In this document: positions 8,255 to 18,277 of the stretch, one piece after another
Position numbering within the stretch: position 1 is the first letter of the stretch
How the letters are laid out: each line of letters opens with the position of its first letter
Assembly: GCA_963797095.1 (NCBI GenBank)
Contig: CAWCNY010000006.1
Location: 864,001-928,000, forward strand
Direction of reading: 5' to 3'
Length of the DNA stretch: 64,000 nt
Origin: an uncultured Chloroflexia bacterium
Lineage (GTDB): Bacteria > Chloroflexota > Chloroflexia > QHBQ01 > JADMIH01
The notes under the pieces: generated by a model
Seen by the model: the letters and a program-made list of their open reading frames with translations, nothing else
What the model was told of the DNA's origin: nothing
Database searches by the model: none
Program-made: the position numbers and the translations under genes

Positions 8255-11200
8255 ATGAAGACCCAGGGCCGTGGTAATACAGGCGGTCGTATTCCGCCCC
8301 CACACGACGATTACGACGACTACGAGGAAGTCGAATACTCACCTGAAGACGACCTCGAAGTTGCGGGCCTCGAAGATGACTACGAGGATGAGCAAATCGA
8401 CACTCCTGCCTCTTCCCGGCGGGCGGGCGCTCGATCAGGCTCCAACGGGAACAACAAGAATAAGCCCGGAAATGGCCGCTCTACACCTCCCCAGAGGGGC
8501 GGCACGCCTCGCGTGCGCCCGCCCCTGGCAGTAGGTCGCACAGCGGCTCCCCTCTTACCCAAGCGCCGACAACGTCCTGAAATAGAGGTCGAGCCTTCGG
8601 CGGCAGAAACTGCCCCTACTGGCAGGCCCGCCACTGGCAATGGCAAGCGCAAAGAGAGCAACGGCGCTACGTCGACTGCTGCACTGACCGCACCTGCTGC
8701 TTCCACTCCAACTCCCAGGTCCGGGTCCCGCGCTTCACAGTCCGCGATCGCCACAGAGACTCCTGCTCCACCTCAACCGGAGACTCTCTCCACGCGCGTT
8801 TTCAGGTTGATCGTCAACTATGAAACGTTGATCTACATGGGCATTTTTGCCCTTGCGTTCATTACGCGCTTCTGGGACATTGGCGACAGGGGCATACACC
8901 ACGACGAAAGCCTGCACGCCGTCTTCTCGCGCAACCTCTACACTGGGGCCGGTTACACTCATGACCCGATGATGCACGGCCCAGTCCAGTTCAACCTGAT
9001 CGCAGGTATGTACTGGCTCTTTGGCACTTCCGACGCAACCGCCCGCTTCGCCTCGGCTCTCTGTGGCATCTGGGTGGTTATGTCACCATTCTTCTTGCGC
9101 AGACAGATGGGGCGGTGGCCCGCTCTGATCGCTTCCTTCCTGCTCCTGATAGCGCCTGGCATCCTCTACTTCAGCCGCATGGCTCGTGAAGACTCGGTCT
9201 TCTCGGCGATGGAGATGATCATGATCGTCGGGCTGTGGCGCTTTATTTCAACGCGCAGGCCCGCCGATTTCTTCATCTTCTGCGCCGGTCTTTCGCTCAT
9301 GTTCACCATCAAGGAGTCGGCTTATCTGACGGTGGCCGTGCTCGGCAGTATGTTTGCTTTGCTCTTCGCATACCAGGCTGGGTGGGCTATCGTGGGCGCG
9401 TTCGCTGCCTATGGTGCGGCAATGGGCGGCATGCTCCTGGTAATAAGCGGCAAGATGAAGAGTGGCGAAATCGCAGGCCTCCCCAATATCCCCGCCCAGA
9501 ACCCCGACTACGGCACGATCACGAACTTTGCAAGTAATTTCCTGGGGCACCCGTTGGTGCAGTGGTCGGCAATCATCACTGTGCTCTTCATTGTCGGCCT
9601 GGTCTTCCTCCTGTGGTCTAAACGGCGTCAGGTGGTAATGGCGGACGCAGAAGCAGCCTACGAGATGGATGGGGAGTACAGCCGCCCGGTGCGCCCATCT
9701 CGCACTACTAGACCCTCTGGCCGTCCTGCACAGTCGCCGCTACCTACGCGCAGGCCGCGCCAGTCCTCGCCGGGTACAGATGAGGTTATCGAGGCGGCTC
9801 CGCCCCCGGCCTCCAATGGTCACGAAAATGGGGCTGCCGTGTTGCCGGCCGAAGAGTCCGCCTCCGTTGCCCCTCCTGCTTATGCCTATGAGGAGTCTTA
9901 TGAAGCAACCGAGGTATGGGATCCCAGGCGGCTCGACCCCAAGCCGGGGACATTGCTGGCCCACTACCAGCCCGGCTCCGTCCCCCACCTGATTGGCTCC
10001 CTTTTCGGAAGACCCTCGGTGCTGCTGATCGGCTTCCTGATTGCGGCTACCATCTTTATCGTCTTGTACTCGGTGTTCTTCACCGACCTGCCACGCGGCA
10101 TCGCATCCGGCCTGTTTGCCTCGCTTGGCTACTGGATGGCCCAGCAGGGCGTGGCACGCGGGGGCCAACCATGGTACTACTATTTCCTCATCATACCCCT
10201 CTACCAGCCTATCGCTGTCTTCTTCAGCGTGGTCGCCACGATCTTCTTCAGCGTGAAGGGTATCCGGGGATTCCTAAAGAACCGGGAAGATCGCCTGTAC
10301 GGCGAAACTGATCAGCCGCGCCTCGGCCTCTACAACACCGATCGGCCAGTGCCATTCGCCAAGTTCAGCGCCTTCCTGCCCCTATTTTCGATCTGGTGGT
10401 TGGGTGGGGCCTGGTTCATCTACAGTTGGGCGGGCGAGAAGATGCCCTGGCTTATCATGCACATGATCAGGCCCGCCATATTGCTGGCCTCCCTCTTCCT
10501 GGGCGCTCTTGTGGCCTCTATTATTGCTCGTAGGCAGGAGCGGATAGCATGGGCCAGGGCCTATTACAGAGAATACTACGGCGATGAACCGGATGCGCCC
10601 ACCATACCTCTCACAGAGAGCGGGCGCCGAGCCTCGGACGGTGGAAGGGGCGCGCCTCAGTCGAAAACCCAGGTAGCCCGCAACCCCAAATACCGCCGGG
10701 CACCGGTGGTTTTGCGGGAACAGGAGCCACCATGGATCAGCTGGAATCGCCCAGGCTCCAAGTTTCCGGCTCTCTCCTTCCTGACCATTCTTACCTTGCT
10801 TGCTCTGGCCTGGGGGCTGAAGCTCAATGCGCTCTCGTATGTCAGCGACTATACTGGTTGGGGCATTTCCTGGGTCTATCCTATGTTGGTAGTTATCCTG
10901 GTGGTGTCTTATTCCGTGTGGATCGGCCCATCTCGCGTGCTACGCTACCTGGCCCTGGGCATCTTTTCAATTTTCTTCCTCTATGAGTTCCGCTCGGCGA
11001 TCGACCTCACGTACCAGCACCCTGATGTGCCGATCGAGATGGCCGTCTACGTGCAAACGTCACCCGATGTGACGCGTACCGTCAAAGAGATCGATGATTA
11101 TTCTACCTATGCCACCGGTGGCCTCAATACACGGGTGACTTACGATAGCTTTGCATCGTGGCCTTTCGAGTGGTACTTCCGCGACTTCAAGAACAAGAAT

Positions 11201-11644
11201 TTCATAGCCGCCAACGAGGTTCCTACAGGACCCGATTATCCAATACTGGTCCTGGAATACGCCAAGCACAACAACGACCCGGCCCTCGCAGATTACCTGG
11301 TGCAGCGTTATGCTATGCGCTGGTGGTTCCCGGAGGACTGGTACAAGAGCCAACTCATCCAAGGCCAGGATTATCAGACAGCGCCTTTTGGTAGCCAACT
11401 TGGCGCGATCCTGGGAACGACCGCCGGCACATTCACTAACCCGCAGATGACTTCTACCCTTTGGAAGTACCTTATCTTCCGCCAGACTCCGGAGCCTTTA
11501 GGCTCGGAAGATATGGTCGTTGCCGTGCGACGTGACATAGCCCAGATATACCATTACCTGCAATATCAGCCGCCCGACAGGAGCGACGAACCACCACCCA
11601 CCGTTCGCACGCCGCCAGCGCCCGATGGCAGCTTCTATCGCTAA
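8255..11644 (+). CDS. TIGR03663/PMT-like GT-C membrane glycosyltransferase with long disordered inserts
   Basis: HHDESLH, HDPMMHGP, EKMPW, MAVYVQTS, WPFEWYFRD and WWFPE motifs; many TM helices; AAGGAG RBS. Confidence 0.75.
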   Translation: MKTQGRGNTGGRIPPPHDDYDDYEEVEYSPEDDLEVAGLEDDYEDEQIDTPASSRRAGARSGSNGNNKNKPGNGRSTPPQRGGTPRVRPPLAVGRTAAPLLPKRRQRPEIEVEPSAAETAPTGRPATGNGKRKESNGATSTAALTAPAASTPTPRSGSRASQSAIATETPAPPQPETLSTRVFRLIVNYETLIYMGIFALAFITRFWDIGDRGIHHDESLHAVFSRNLYTGAGYTHDPMMHGPVQFNLIAGMYWLFGTSDATARFASALCGIWVVMSPFFLRRQMGRWPALIASFLLLIAPGILYFSRMAREDSVFSAMEMIMIVGLWRFISTRRPADFFIFCAGLSLMFTIKESAYLTVAVLGSMFALLFAYQAGWAIVGAFAAYGAAMGGMLLVISGKMKSGEIAGLPNIPAQNPDYGTITNFASNFLGHPLVQWSAIITVLFIVGLVFLLWSKRRQVVMADAEAAYEMDGEYSRPVRPSRTTRPSGRPAQSPLPTRRPRQSSPGTDEVIEAAPPPASNGHENGAAVLPAEESASVAPPAYAYEESYEATEVWDPRRLDPKPGTLLAHYQPGSVPHLIGSLFGRPSVLLIGFLIAATIFIVLYSVFFTDLPRGIASGLFASLGYWMAQQGVARGGQPWYYYFLIIPLYQPIAVFFSVVATIFFSVKGIRGFLKNREDRLYGETDQPRLGLYNTDRPVPFAKFSAFLPLFSIWWLGGAWFIYSWAGEKMPWLIMHMIRPAILLASLFLGALVASIIARRQERIAWARAYYREYYGDEPDAPTIPLTESGRRASDGGRGAPQSKTQVARNPKYRRAPVVLREQEPPWISWNRPGSKFPALSFLTILTLLALAWGLKLNALSYVSDYTGWGISWVYPMLVVILVVSYSVWIGPSRVLRYLALGIFSIFFLYEFRSAIDLTYQHPDVPIEMAVYVQTSPDVTRTVKEIDDYSTYATGGLNTRVTYDSFASWPFEWYFRDFKNKNFIAANEVPTGPDYPILVLEYAKHNNDPALADYLVQRYAMRWWFPEDWYKSQLIQGQDYQTAPFGSQLGAILGTTAGTFTNPQMTSTLWKYLIFRQTPEPLGSEDMVVAVRRDIAQIYHYLQYQPPDRSDEPPPTVRTPPAPDGSFYR

Positions 11645-11707
11645 ACGTGATACGTGACGCGGTATTGACTACATCCGTTTTGAGAATGGAATGGTGAAAA
11701 GGAGACT

Positions 11708-14700
11708 ATGGACAATCGTAAATTGAGCGCACGCGCCGAGACGGGCGCGTCCAGGGCCGGATATGGGCGACGCGACGGCGGTGGAGCAACTACCGTATCG
11801 TGGCTTGATCGCGCTGTCGAGCTTACCCGCGTCAACTGGGAAGTAATCTTCTTCGTTGGATTGATGGTAGTTGCCGTACTAACGCGCCTGGTAGACCTCG
11901 GCTCGCGGGCATTCCACCACGACGAGAGCATCCACGCGTATTTCTCCAACTATTACCTGCTAACGGGTAACTTTACGACCACGCCAGGCTTTGGCGGCGG
12001 CTACGACCCGACTTATCATGGTCCTTTCCTCTACAACATAGTGGCTCTCGGTTTCTTCCTGTTTGGAACCAACGATGCCACCGCCCGTCTGATGCCGGCT
12101 ATCTTCGGCATCATACTGATCGGCCTCATCTGGCTGCTTCGTCCCTTTATAGGCAGGCTTGGTGCGTTGATCGCGGCCTTGCTGGTGATACTCTCACCCA
12201 GCATTACTTACTATTCGCGTTCGTTGCGCCATGACATCTTCGCGCTGACTGGATGCTTGCTCCTTTTCATCTCGATCCTGTGGTTCTTACGAACCCACCA
12301 GGCTCGTTGGGTTTACCTGGGAGCGTTAGGCTTCATAGTGGCCTATGCGAGCCACGAATTGACGTTCATCGTGGCTTTCATCTTCGCGCTCTTCCTGGCT
12401 ATCGCCGCGTTTACTTACAATGCCTTCTCCGGTGGCTCCCGGCGCTATGCGGACTCCGATGTAAATCCTGTGCGCAGCGCGTTGTCGGCTCTTGGCACGC
12501 AGCGCTGGACGTTGTTTGGCGCGCTTGCGCTGGCGGGTGGGGTGTATGTGGTACTTTACACCAATCTTCTGACCCATCTCGACTTGATCCTTTCCGGGAT
12601 CATCGAGGGCCTGAACTACTGGCTGATCCAGCAACGCGCAGCGCGTGGCAATCAGCCGATCTTCTACTACGTCATGATGATGCCGATTTATGAGCCGCTG
12701 GCTCTGCTGGCAGGGATCGGCACCACAGTGTACATGGTGGTCAAATACTTCAGGGGGGAGGGCGACACCGTAGCAGTAGATGACGGGGCCGACGCCTTCC
12801 CTACAAACACTGATGTGCCTGTTGAGGACGAATTTGGGCATCCGCTGCCGGGCATCGCCTCTATGCGTGGCCTCACCTGGGCTTTCCTCGTGTTCTGGTC
12901 ATTTGGCGCTTTCGTTGCCTTCTCTATCGCGGGCGAGAAGATGCCCTGGCTGACCATGCAGATGGCTCTCCCTTTCAGCTTGCTTGCTGCCGCAGGACTC
13001 GGCAAGTTGCTGACCGGCATGGAATGGCGTGAGGTGCGCAAGGGGGGCGGCCTCTTCCTGGGCGTGGGTGTTGTGCTCTTCATCTTCGCGGCCTTTATGC
13101 TGGTGTCCTACTTGAACGGCACCATGCCAAAGCCAGCAGGAGCAAGCGCCGACTTCCAGAACCTTGTTCGTGGTTTCCTGCTGATCCTCTTTACGGCAGG
13201 CCTGCTTGCCCTGTGCGGTTGGCTTGCATATAAGATGCTGCCCGGCAGGGCAGTGAAGGTGATCGGCTTCACTTTCGCCATTTTCCTGGGCCTGTACGGT
13301 ATCCGCTCGATGACCATCCTCAACTACAACAGGGGCGATATCCCCAACGAGATGATGGTTTACACGCAGTCGGCTCCTGATACGACGATTGTGGCCGATC
13401 TTGTGAAGCGGCTATCGCGTGACGAAACATCATTCGACGCCGACCGCAACGCCAACGACGTTACCGGCGGGCACGGACTAACTATTGCCCTCGACCAGAA
13501 CGAGGCTACAGAGTGGCCGTTCGACTGGTACTTCCGCGATATGAAGAACCTGATCTATCACAACCTGGCGGGCTGGCAGTCGAACAACGCGGGCGTGCCG
13601 CCTAACGAGGCGGTGATCATCGCCAGCGAAGCGACCGAGAACGAGCCGAACTTCCAGGCGTTCATCAAGGATAAGTACACCACCACCAAGTATGTGCATA
13701 ACTGGTGGTTCCCTGAAGAGACCTATCGAACGGGCAACGATGGCGATTTCGGTAAAGCCCTCAATCTAATGTTCGGTAACAACCTGCGGTACCTGCTGTA
13801 CCGCGACCCTGGCAAGCCGCTCGGTTCGCGCAACTTCTACCTGCACGTTCGCAACGACCTGGCGCCGAAGGCGGGCTTTGCCAGCGCGGGCACTGTCACT
13901 ACCCCGGCTGACCCAACCCACCCCGACGAGAGCACTCCTGTGCACGCGTTGTTTGACCTGGCTCCGAAGGGGACCGACCGGGGAGCGTTCGATCAGCCTC
14001 GCGGTATCGCCACCGGGCCGGATGGAAGCGTGTATGTGGTCGACACCAACAACTTCCGTATTCAGAAGTTCGATTCGACCGGTAAGTTCGTCAAGATCAT
14101 CGGCTCCGGCAAAGGCAGCGATGATGGAGAGTTTGCTCCATTGAGCGACCAGGCCAGCGGTACAGGCGCAGGCGGGATCGCGGTGGACAAGGACGGCAAC
14201 ATCTACGTGGCCGACACCTGGAACCACCGGATCGAAAAGTTCGACTCGAACGGTAACTTCCTCACCAAGTGGGGCGAGTTCGTCAACCTGGGCGACTCGG
14301 GTGGCTTCAGCGACGGCAACAAGAACGACAAGTTCTATGGACCGCGCGGGGTGGCTGTTGGGCCTGATGGTAATGTCTATGTTACCGACACGGGCAACAA
14401 GCGCGTTTCCATCTTTGCGCCGGACGGCAGCTACTTGCGCGAGATCAGCAGCGGTATGACCCCGGATAAGATCTCAGGGAATTACCCGTTCAACCAGCCG
14501 GGAGAGATGAACGAGCCTATAGGAATTACGGTTGACCAGCAGAGCAACGTGTATGTAGCCGATACGAACAACAAGCGCATCCAGAAGTTCGACTCAAGCG
14601 GCAAGTTCGTGACCCAGTGGCCCATTCCGAGTGGCGGGTGGGACCCAGGGACGACGATGGAGCCGTTCATGGCGACCGACGCCCAGGGTAATGTGTACGT

Positions 14701-14887
14701 TACCGGCCCCACCGCCGCTCTGGTATACAAGTTCAGCCCATCGGGTGAATTGCTGGGCAATCCGGGCAAAAGCCCTCAAAACGTGGTTCTCAAGACCCCT
14801 ACGGGCATTACGGTGGCCGCCGACGGTAAGGTGTACGTGGTTGACACCGGTGCTAACGGAGTGGTCAACATGGGCACCATACCCTGA
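11708..14887 (+). CDS. TIGR03663/PMT-like GT-C protein fused to a C-terminal NHL beta-propeller
   Basis: HHDESIH, DPTYHGP, EKMPW, WPFDWYFRD; repeats of the type PRGIATGPDGSVYVVDTNNFRIQKFD. Confidence 0.8.
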   Translation: MDNRKLSARAETGASRAGYGRRDGGGATTVSWLDRAVELTRVNWEVIFFVGLMVVAVLTRLVDLGSRAFHHDESIHAYFSNYYLLTGNFTTTPGFGGGYDPTYHGPFLYNIVALGFFLFGTNDATARLMPAIFGIILIGLIWLLRPFIGRLGALIAALLVILSPSITYYSRSLRHDIFALTGCLLLFISILWFLRTHQARWVYLGALGFIVAYASHELTFIVAFIFALFLAIAAFTYNAFSGGSRRYADSDVNPVRSALSALGTQRWTLFGALALAGGVYVVLYTNLLTHLDLILSGIIEGLNYWLIQQRAARGNQPIFYYVMMMPIYEPLALLAGIGTTVYMVVKYFRGEGDTVAVDDGADAFPTNTDVPVEDEFGHPLPGIASMRGLTWAFLVFWSFGAFVAFSIAGEKMPWLTMQMALPFSLLAAAGLGKLLTGMEWREVRKGGGLFLGVGVVLFIFAAFMLVSYLNGTMPKPAGASADFQNLVRGFLLILFTAGLLALCGWLAYKMLPGRAVKVIGFTFAIFLGLYGIRSMTILNYNRGDIPNEMMVYTQSAPDTTIVADLVKRLSRDETSFDADRNANDVTGGHGLTIALDQNEATEWPFDWYFRDMKNLIYHNLAGWQSNNAGVPPNEAVIIASEATENEPNFQAFIKDKYTTTKYVHNWWFPEETYRTGNDGDFGKALNLMFGNNLRYLLYRDPGKPLGSRNFYLHVRNDLAPKAGFASAGTVTTPADPTHPDESTPVHALFDLAPKGTDRGAFDQPRGIATGPDGSVYVVDTNNFRIQKFDSTGKFVKIIGSGKGSDDGEFAPLSDQASGTGAGGIAVDKDGNIYVADTWNHRIEKFDSNGNFLTKWGEFVNLGDSGGFSDGNKNDKFYGPRGVAVGPDGNVYVTDTGNKRVSIFAPDGSYLREISSGMTPDKISGNYPFNQPGEMNEPIGITVDQQSNVYVADTNNKRIQKFDSSGKFVTQWPIPSGGWDPGTTMEPFMATDAQGNVYVTGPTAALVYKFSPSGELLGNPGKSPQNVVLKTPTGITVAADGKVYVVDTGANGVVNMGTIP

Positions 14888-14905
14888 TAGTATCCGCTGG
14901 GTAAC

Positions 14906-14934
14906 GGGGCGGCCTGGCCGCCTCATTTTCTTTT
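14906..14934 (+). terminator. Probable intrinsic terminator
   Basis: GGGGCGGC/GCCGCCTC stem followed by ATTTTCTTTT, between convergent genes. Confidence 0.55.
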
Positions 14935-14941
14935 AAGAGAC

Positions 14942-15994
14942 TCAGCGTTTCTTCGCGTAGGCAGCGATGGTTGCGCCCTTGCCGAGGGCGGCCATTATTG
15001 GTGCGTACACTACGCTGAATAGAGCCAGCGGTAAGGCTGTCAGCAGCGCGACCAGAGTCTGGCGGCGAGCCGATCCTACTTCGTTTCCTTCGGCGTCCAC
15101 CACTTTCGCCGAGCGGGTCCGCAAGTAGTTATAGAGCAGGTTGTGGCGGAGGCCCATCTTGTTCTGAACGGTCTGCACCAGGCTGAAGAAGTCGTACTCG
15201 GTCGAGAAGAAGTTGGTGTCGCTGATAGTAAGCCCGGCTTTGTCGAGGGCGTGCTGCAAGGTGGCCTTCGTGAAGTGAGTGCGGTGGCGCGGCACGTCGA
15301 GATGGAACCAGCGTTTGCCTCCCCACCTGGCTTCGGGGCTTCCGAAGTTGGGCACGGCCACCAGCAGAGTGCCGCCCGGTTTCAGTATCCGTGCCACCTC
15401 CTGAAGCATAGCCCTGGGCGATTGGACGTGCTCCAGCACGTGCCACAGGATTACAAGGTCGAATTCGTTGTCGGGAAACGCGGCCTCCTCCAGCATGTGA
15501 GTGGTGATGGGGAGGCCCAACCGCTCACGAGCGTAGGTGGCTGCCTCATCGTTCAGTTCGGTGCCTGTAGGGGTCCACCCACGCTCGCGAAGCTTGTTCA
15601 AAAGCAGCCCGCGCCCGCAACCGATGTCCAGTACTTTGCCCGGCTTCTGGTGTTGCTCGATCTGGTAGGCCCGGTAGGTGTAGAGGTTGTCCAGAAGCCA
15701 TTCGACTATTTTGTTGAAGCGTTTGCCGCTGCCGTAATATCCCTTAGGATAGTAATGGTCTATCCGGCGTTCCGACAGGATAGGTGATGTGACGTATAGC
15801 TGGCAGTCGTAGCAGTAGCCGACCGTGAACGGGTCGCCGGTGATGTAGTCGCGGGTGACGAACATGGGAGTAAACCTGTTGCGCGGGTGGGTGCATATCA
15901 GGGTCGAGTGATCTCTGAGCCGGTGGTAAGTATGGTGGGTACGCCGCGATCCATTGCGGTTGACCTTGATTGGCAGCTTGATTGGAGTTTGCAT
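14942..15994 (-). CDS. Class I SAM-dependent methyltransferase
   Basis: VLDIGCGRG, FDLVILWHVLEH, LKPGG, DVPRH; N-terminal CYDC. Confidence 0.85.
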   Translation of the reverse strand: MQTPIKLPIKVNRNGSRRTHHTYHRLRDHSTLICTHPRNRFTPMFVTRDYITGDPFTVGYCYDCQLYVTSPILSERRIDHYYPKGYYGSGKRFNKIVEWLLDNLYTYRAYQIEQHQKPGKVLDIGCGRGLLLNKLRERGWTPTGTELNDEAATYARERLGLPITTHMLEEAAFPDNEFDLVILWHVLEHVQSPRAMLQEVARILKPGGTLLVAVPNFGSPEARWGGKRWFHLDVPRHRTHFTKATLQHALDKAGLTISDTNFFSTEYDFFSLVQTVQNKMGLRHNLLYNYLRTRSAKVVDAEGNEVGSARRQTLVALLTALPLALFSVVYAPIMAALGKGATIAAYAKKR

Positions 15995-16092
15995 TATTGA
16001 GAAGTCATGTAATAGAGCGTACTTCTGGCTAGCTCAATTCGATTTCCTGCGCTGTTTTTACGGTGTTTGTTTGAAGGGCGATTATTCTCCCC

Positions 16093-16149
16093 CTCAATAG
16101 CTATTGGGCATTGGTGAGACAAAACGGGACAGCTTTTGGGGTGTACTTT
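16093..16149 (-). promoter_or_regulatory. Conserved 57-bp upstream motif, copy 2 (diverged)
   Basis: Minus strand reads AAAGTACACCCCAAAAGCTGTCCCGTTTTGTCTCACCAATGCCCAATAGCTATTGAG; aligns without gaps to the other two copies. Confidence 0.65.
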
Positions 16150-16281
16150 CGGGTGATTCTTTGTGCCGGTCTGGTGTGCAACGACCGGCGATTTGTTTGA
16201 CGCTGTTCTGTTGGGCGTGATACAATTACCTGCGATGATGCTCTATCCTGAAAACGAGCTTTCATAAGTATACCTTATTGA

Positions 16282-18267
16282 GTGGGTGTTTCTCCGGTCT
16301 TGTGTGACCAGCGCCCGCCGAGTAGCTTCTCTGTGGTCTCCCCTATAACTCCTGAAATCCCGGCCCAAACTGCTGACCCTAACGAGTCAGAAACCAGCGC
16401 TGCCACCTGGGCGGTCCCATCGCGGCGCACAGGGCGCGCACGCCCGACGGTACGTTTGTGGGAGCCGCTCGGTGTCTTCGCAATCACTTTCGTGGTGCTC
16501 GCTATCTTCGTGCCCCGCATCACAACTTACCTCAACCCGACCACCGGTGACGAGCCGTTCTATCTGATGACCGCCATCAGTTTGATCAGGGATGGCGACC
16601 TTAACGAGTGTAACAACTACATACAACATGACGAAGCGGCTATCTACCCGTCTTTTTACGGCGTAAGCAGCACGGGTAGCGGCTATGTGAACTTCCCGGC
16701 AGATTGGCGGGGGTGGCCGGGGTCGCCTTTCCCTCTGCCTCCGCACCCGGCTATTATATCGCCTGCAAGCAGGCAGTGTTCCAGCAACTATAACCAGTAT
16801 CCCGTCAATTACGACAATCCGAACGGTGAGCTTTATTCCAAGCATGGATTAGGGCTTAGCCTCCTGGTAGCGCCTGCTTTCGCTATCGGGGGCCGGATAG
16901 TGGTGGTGTTCTTCTTGTGCCTGCTGGGGGCTATGCTGGCTGCGAATGTCTATTTGCTGGCCCGCGAGTCGGTTGTGAATGTGGGGGCTGCGGTGCTTAC
17001 ATGGGTGGCCTTCGCTTTCACCGTTCCACAAATGCCGTACTCATTCTTGATCTTCCCTGAGCTACCAGCCGCGCTCCTGACGTTGTATGCGTTCCGGCGT
17101 ATCCGCCGGTGGAAGAATAATCTGTGGCAGGTGATCGGGATGGGGTTATGTGTGGCGTTCCTGCCGTGGCTGCACTATCGCTTCGCGCCTATCTGCGTGG
17201 GCCTGGCGATCTACTATATTTACCAGATGAGGCGGCATAGAAAGGATCCAGGCAGCAAGCTCATACGGAACAATGTGCTGCTGGGGGGGATCGTGGGTGT
17301 GTCGGCGGTGTTGCTGATGCTGCTCTTTTTTACGCGTTATGGCACGCCCTGGCCGAATGGATCGGACCACGCGGGGATCAACGACGTGGCGGGGACTTTG
17401 CGGGGGGCTGTGGGGCTGTTCCTCGACCAGCAATGGGGCCTGTTCGTGGCTTCGCCTATCTTCATCTTGCTGCTGGTGGGCATCATTCTGATGTGGGTTA
17501 TGCCAGGATGGCGGCGCGACCTGGGGTGGATCGCGGCGGTGTCGGTGCCCTATTTCCTGGTAATCGCCAACTACGCGCAGTGGTGGGGCGAGTGGTGCCC
17601 ACCTGGGCGCTACCTGGAGTCGATCCTGCCTTTGTTCGCCCTGCCCTTTGCTATTTCGCTGGATAATATCAAGGGCGTCATTTACCGGGGTATTTACGGG
17701 GTGCTGTTATTGCTATCGCTTCTTACGATGTGGGGTTTCCTGTACCAACCCCAGTGGATGTACAACCAGCCGGTGGTGTCGGGGGCGCTCAACGGCAAAG
17801 CGGAGTTGTTGGTACACGGGTTTCCCGCACTGGCAACTGCGCTGCATCTGTCTTTCCTGAGCAATATCGACCTGACGGGGTTCTTCCCGTCTTTTGTTTC
17901 GCCTTACTTTGCATATTATATGGGGCCGACATATGGGGATGCCGCGTCGGAGGCCGCCTGGCGCACCAGTTTCCTGCCTCTTGTCATAATCATACTGATC
18001 ATATTTGTGAGCCTGTTGCTGGCATGGTCGAGCGTTATGCGCAACACGACCACAGGCGGCAGCGCGAGCACAGGCGACGCGGGAGGGGATCAATCAGGGC
18101 GCGAGCGCGAGAGCACCCAGGGCCCACTGGAGCCTGCCCCGTTACCCACGCAGAATGCGACGGCGACCACCGAATCTTGCGAGGGTGCGCCGTATTTCGG
18201 TAAAATGTTGGCTGGCGCATATTTTCGGGCAGTTGTTCGGCGTGCCCGGCCCGTTCCCGGTAGTTAA
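16282..18267 (+). CDS. Polytopic membrane protein, probable GT-C glycosyltransferase (start uncertain)
   Basis: TGDEPFYL acidic motif after the first TM, YSKHGLG, FPELPA, about 12 TM segments; lies within the glycosylation cluster. Confidence 0.6.
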   Translation: MGVSPVLCDQRPPSSFSVVSPITPEIPAQTADPNESETSAATWAVPSRRTGRARPTVRLWEPLGVFAITFVVLAIFVPRITTYLNPTTGDEPFYLMTAISLIRDGDLNECNNYIQHDEAAIYPSFYGVSSTGSGYVNFPADWRGWPGSPFPLPPHPAIISPASRQCSSNYNQYPVNYDNPNGELYSKHGLGLSLLVAPAFAIGGRIVVVFFLCLLGAMLAANVYLLARESVVNVGAAVLTWVAFAFTVPQMPYSFLIFPELPAALLTLYAFRRIRRWKNNLWQVIGMGLCVAFLPWLHYRFAPICVGLAIYYIYQMRRHRKDPGSKLIRNNVLLGGIVGVSAVLLMLLFFTRYGTPWPNGSDHAGINDVAGTLRGAVGLFLDQQWGLFVASPIFILLLVGIILMWVMPGWRRDLGWIAAVSVPYFLVIANYAQWWGEWCPPGRYLESILPLFALPFAISLDNIKGVIYRGIYGVLLLLSLLTMWGFLYQPQWMYNQPVVSGALNGKAELLVHGFPALATALHLSFLSNIDLTGFFPSFVSPYFAYYMGPTYGDAASEAAWRTSFLPLVIIILIIFVSLLLAWSSVMRNTTTGGSASTGDAGGDQSGRERESTQGPLEPAPLPTQNATATTESCEGAPYFGKMLAGAYFRAVVRRARPVPGS

Positions 18268-18277
18268 GGAGTAGTTG

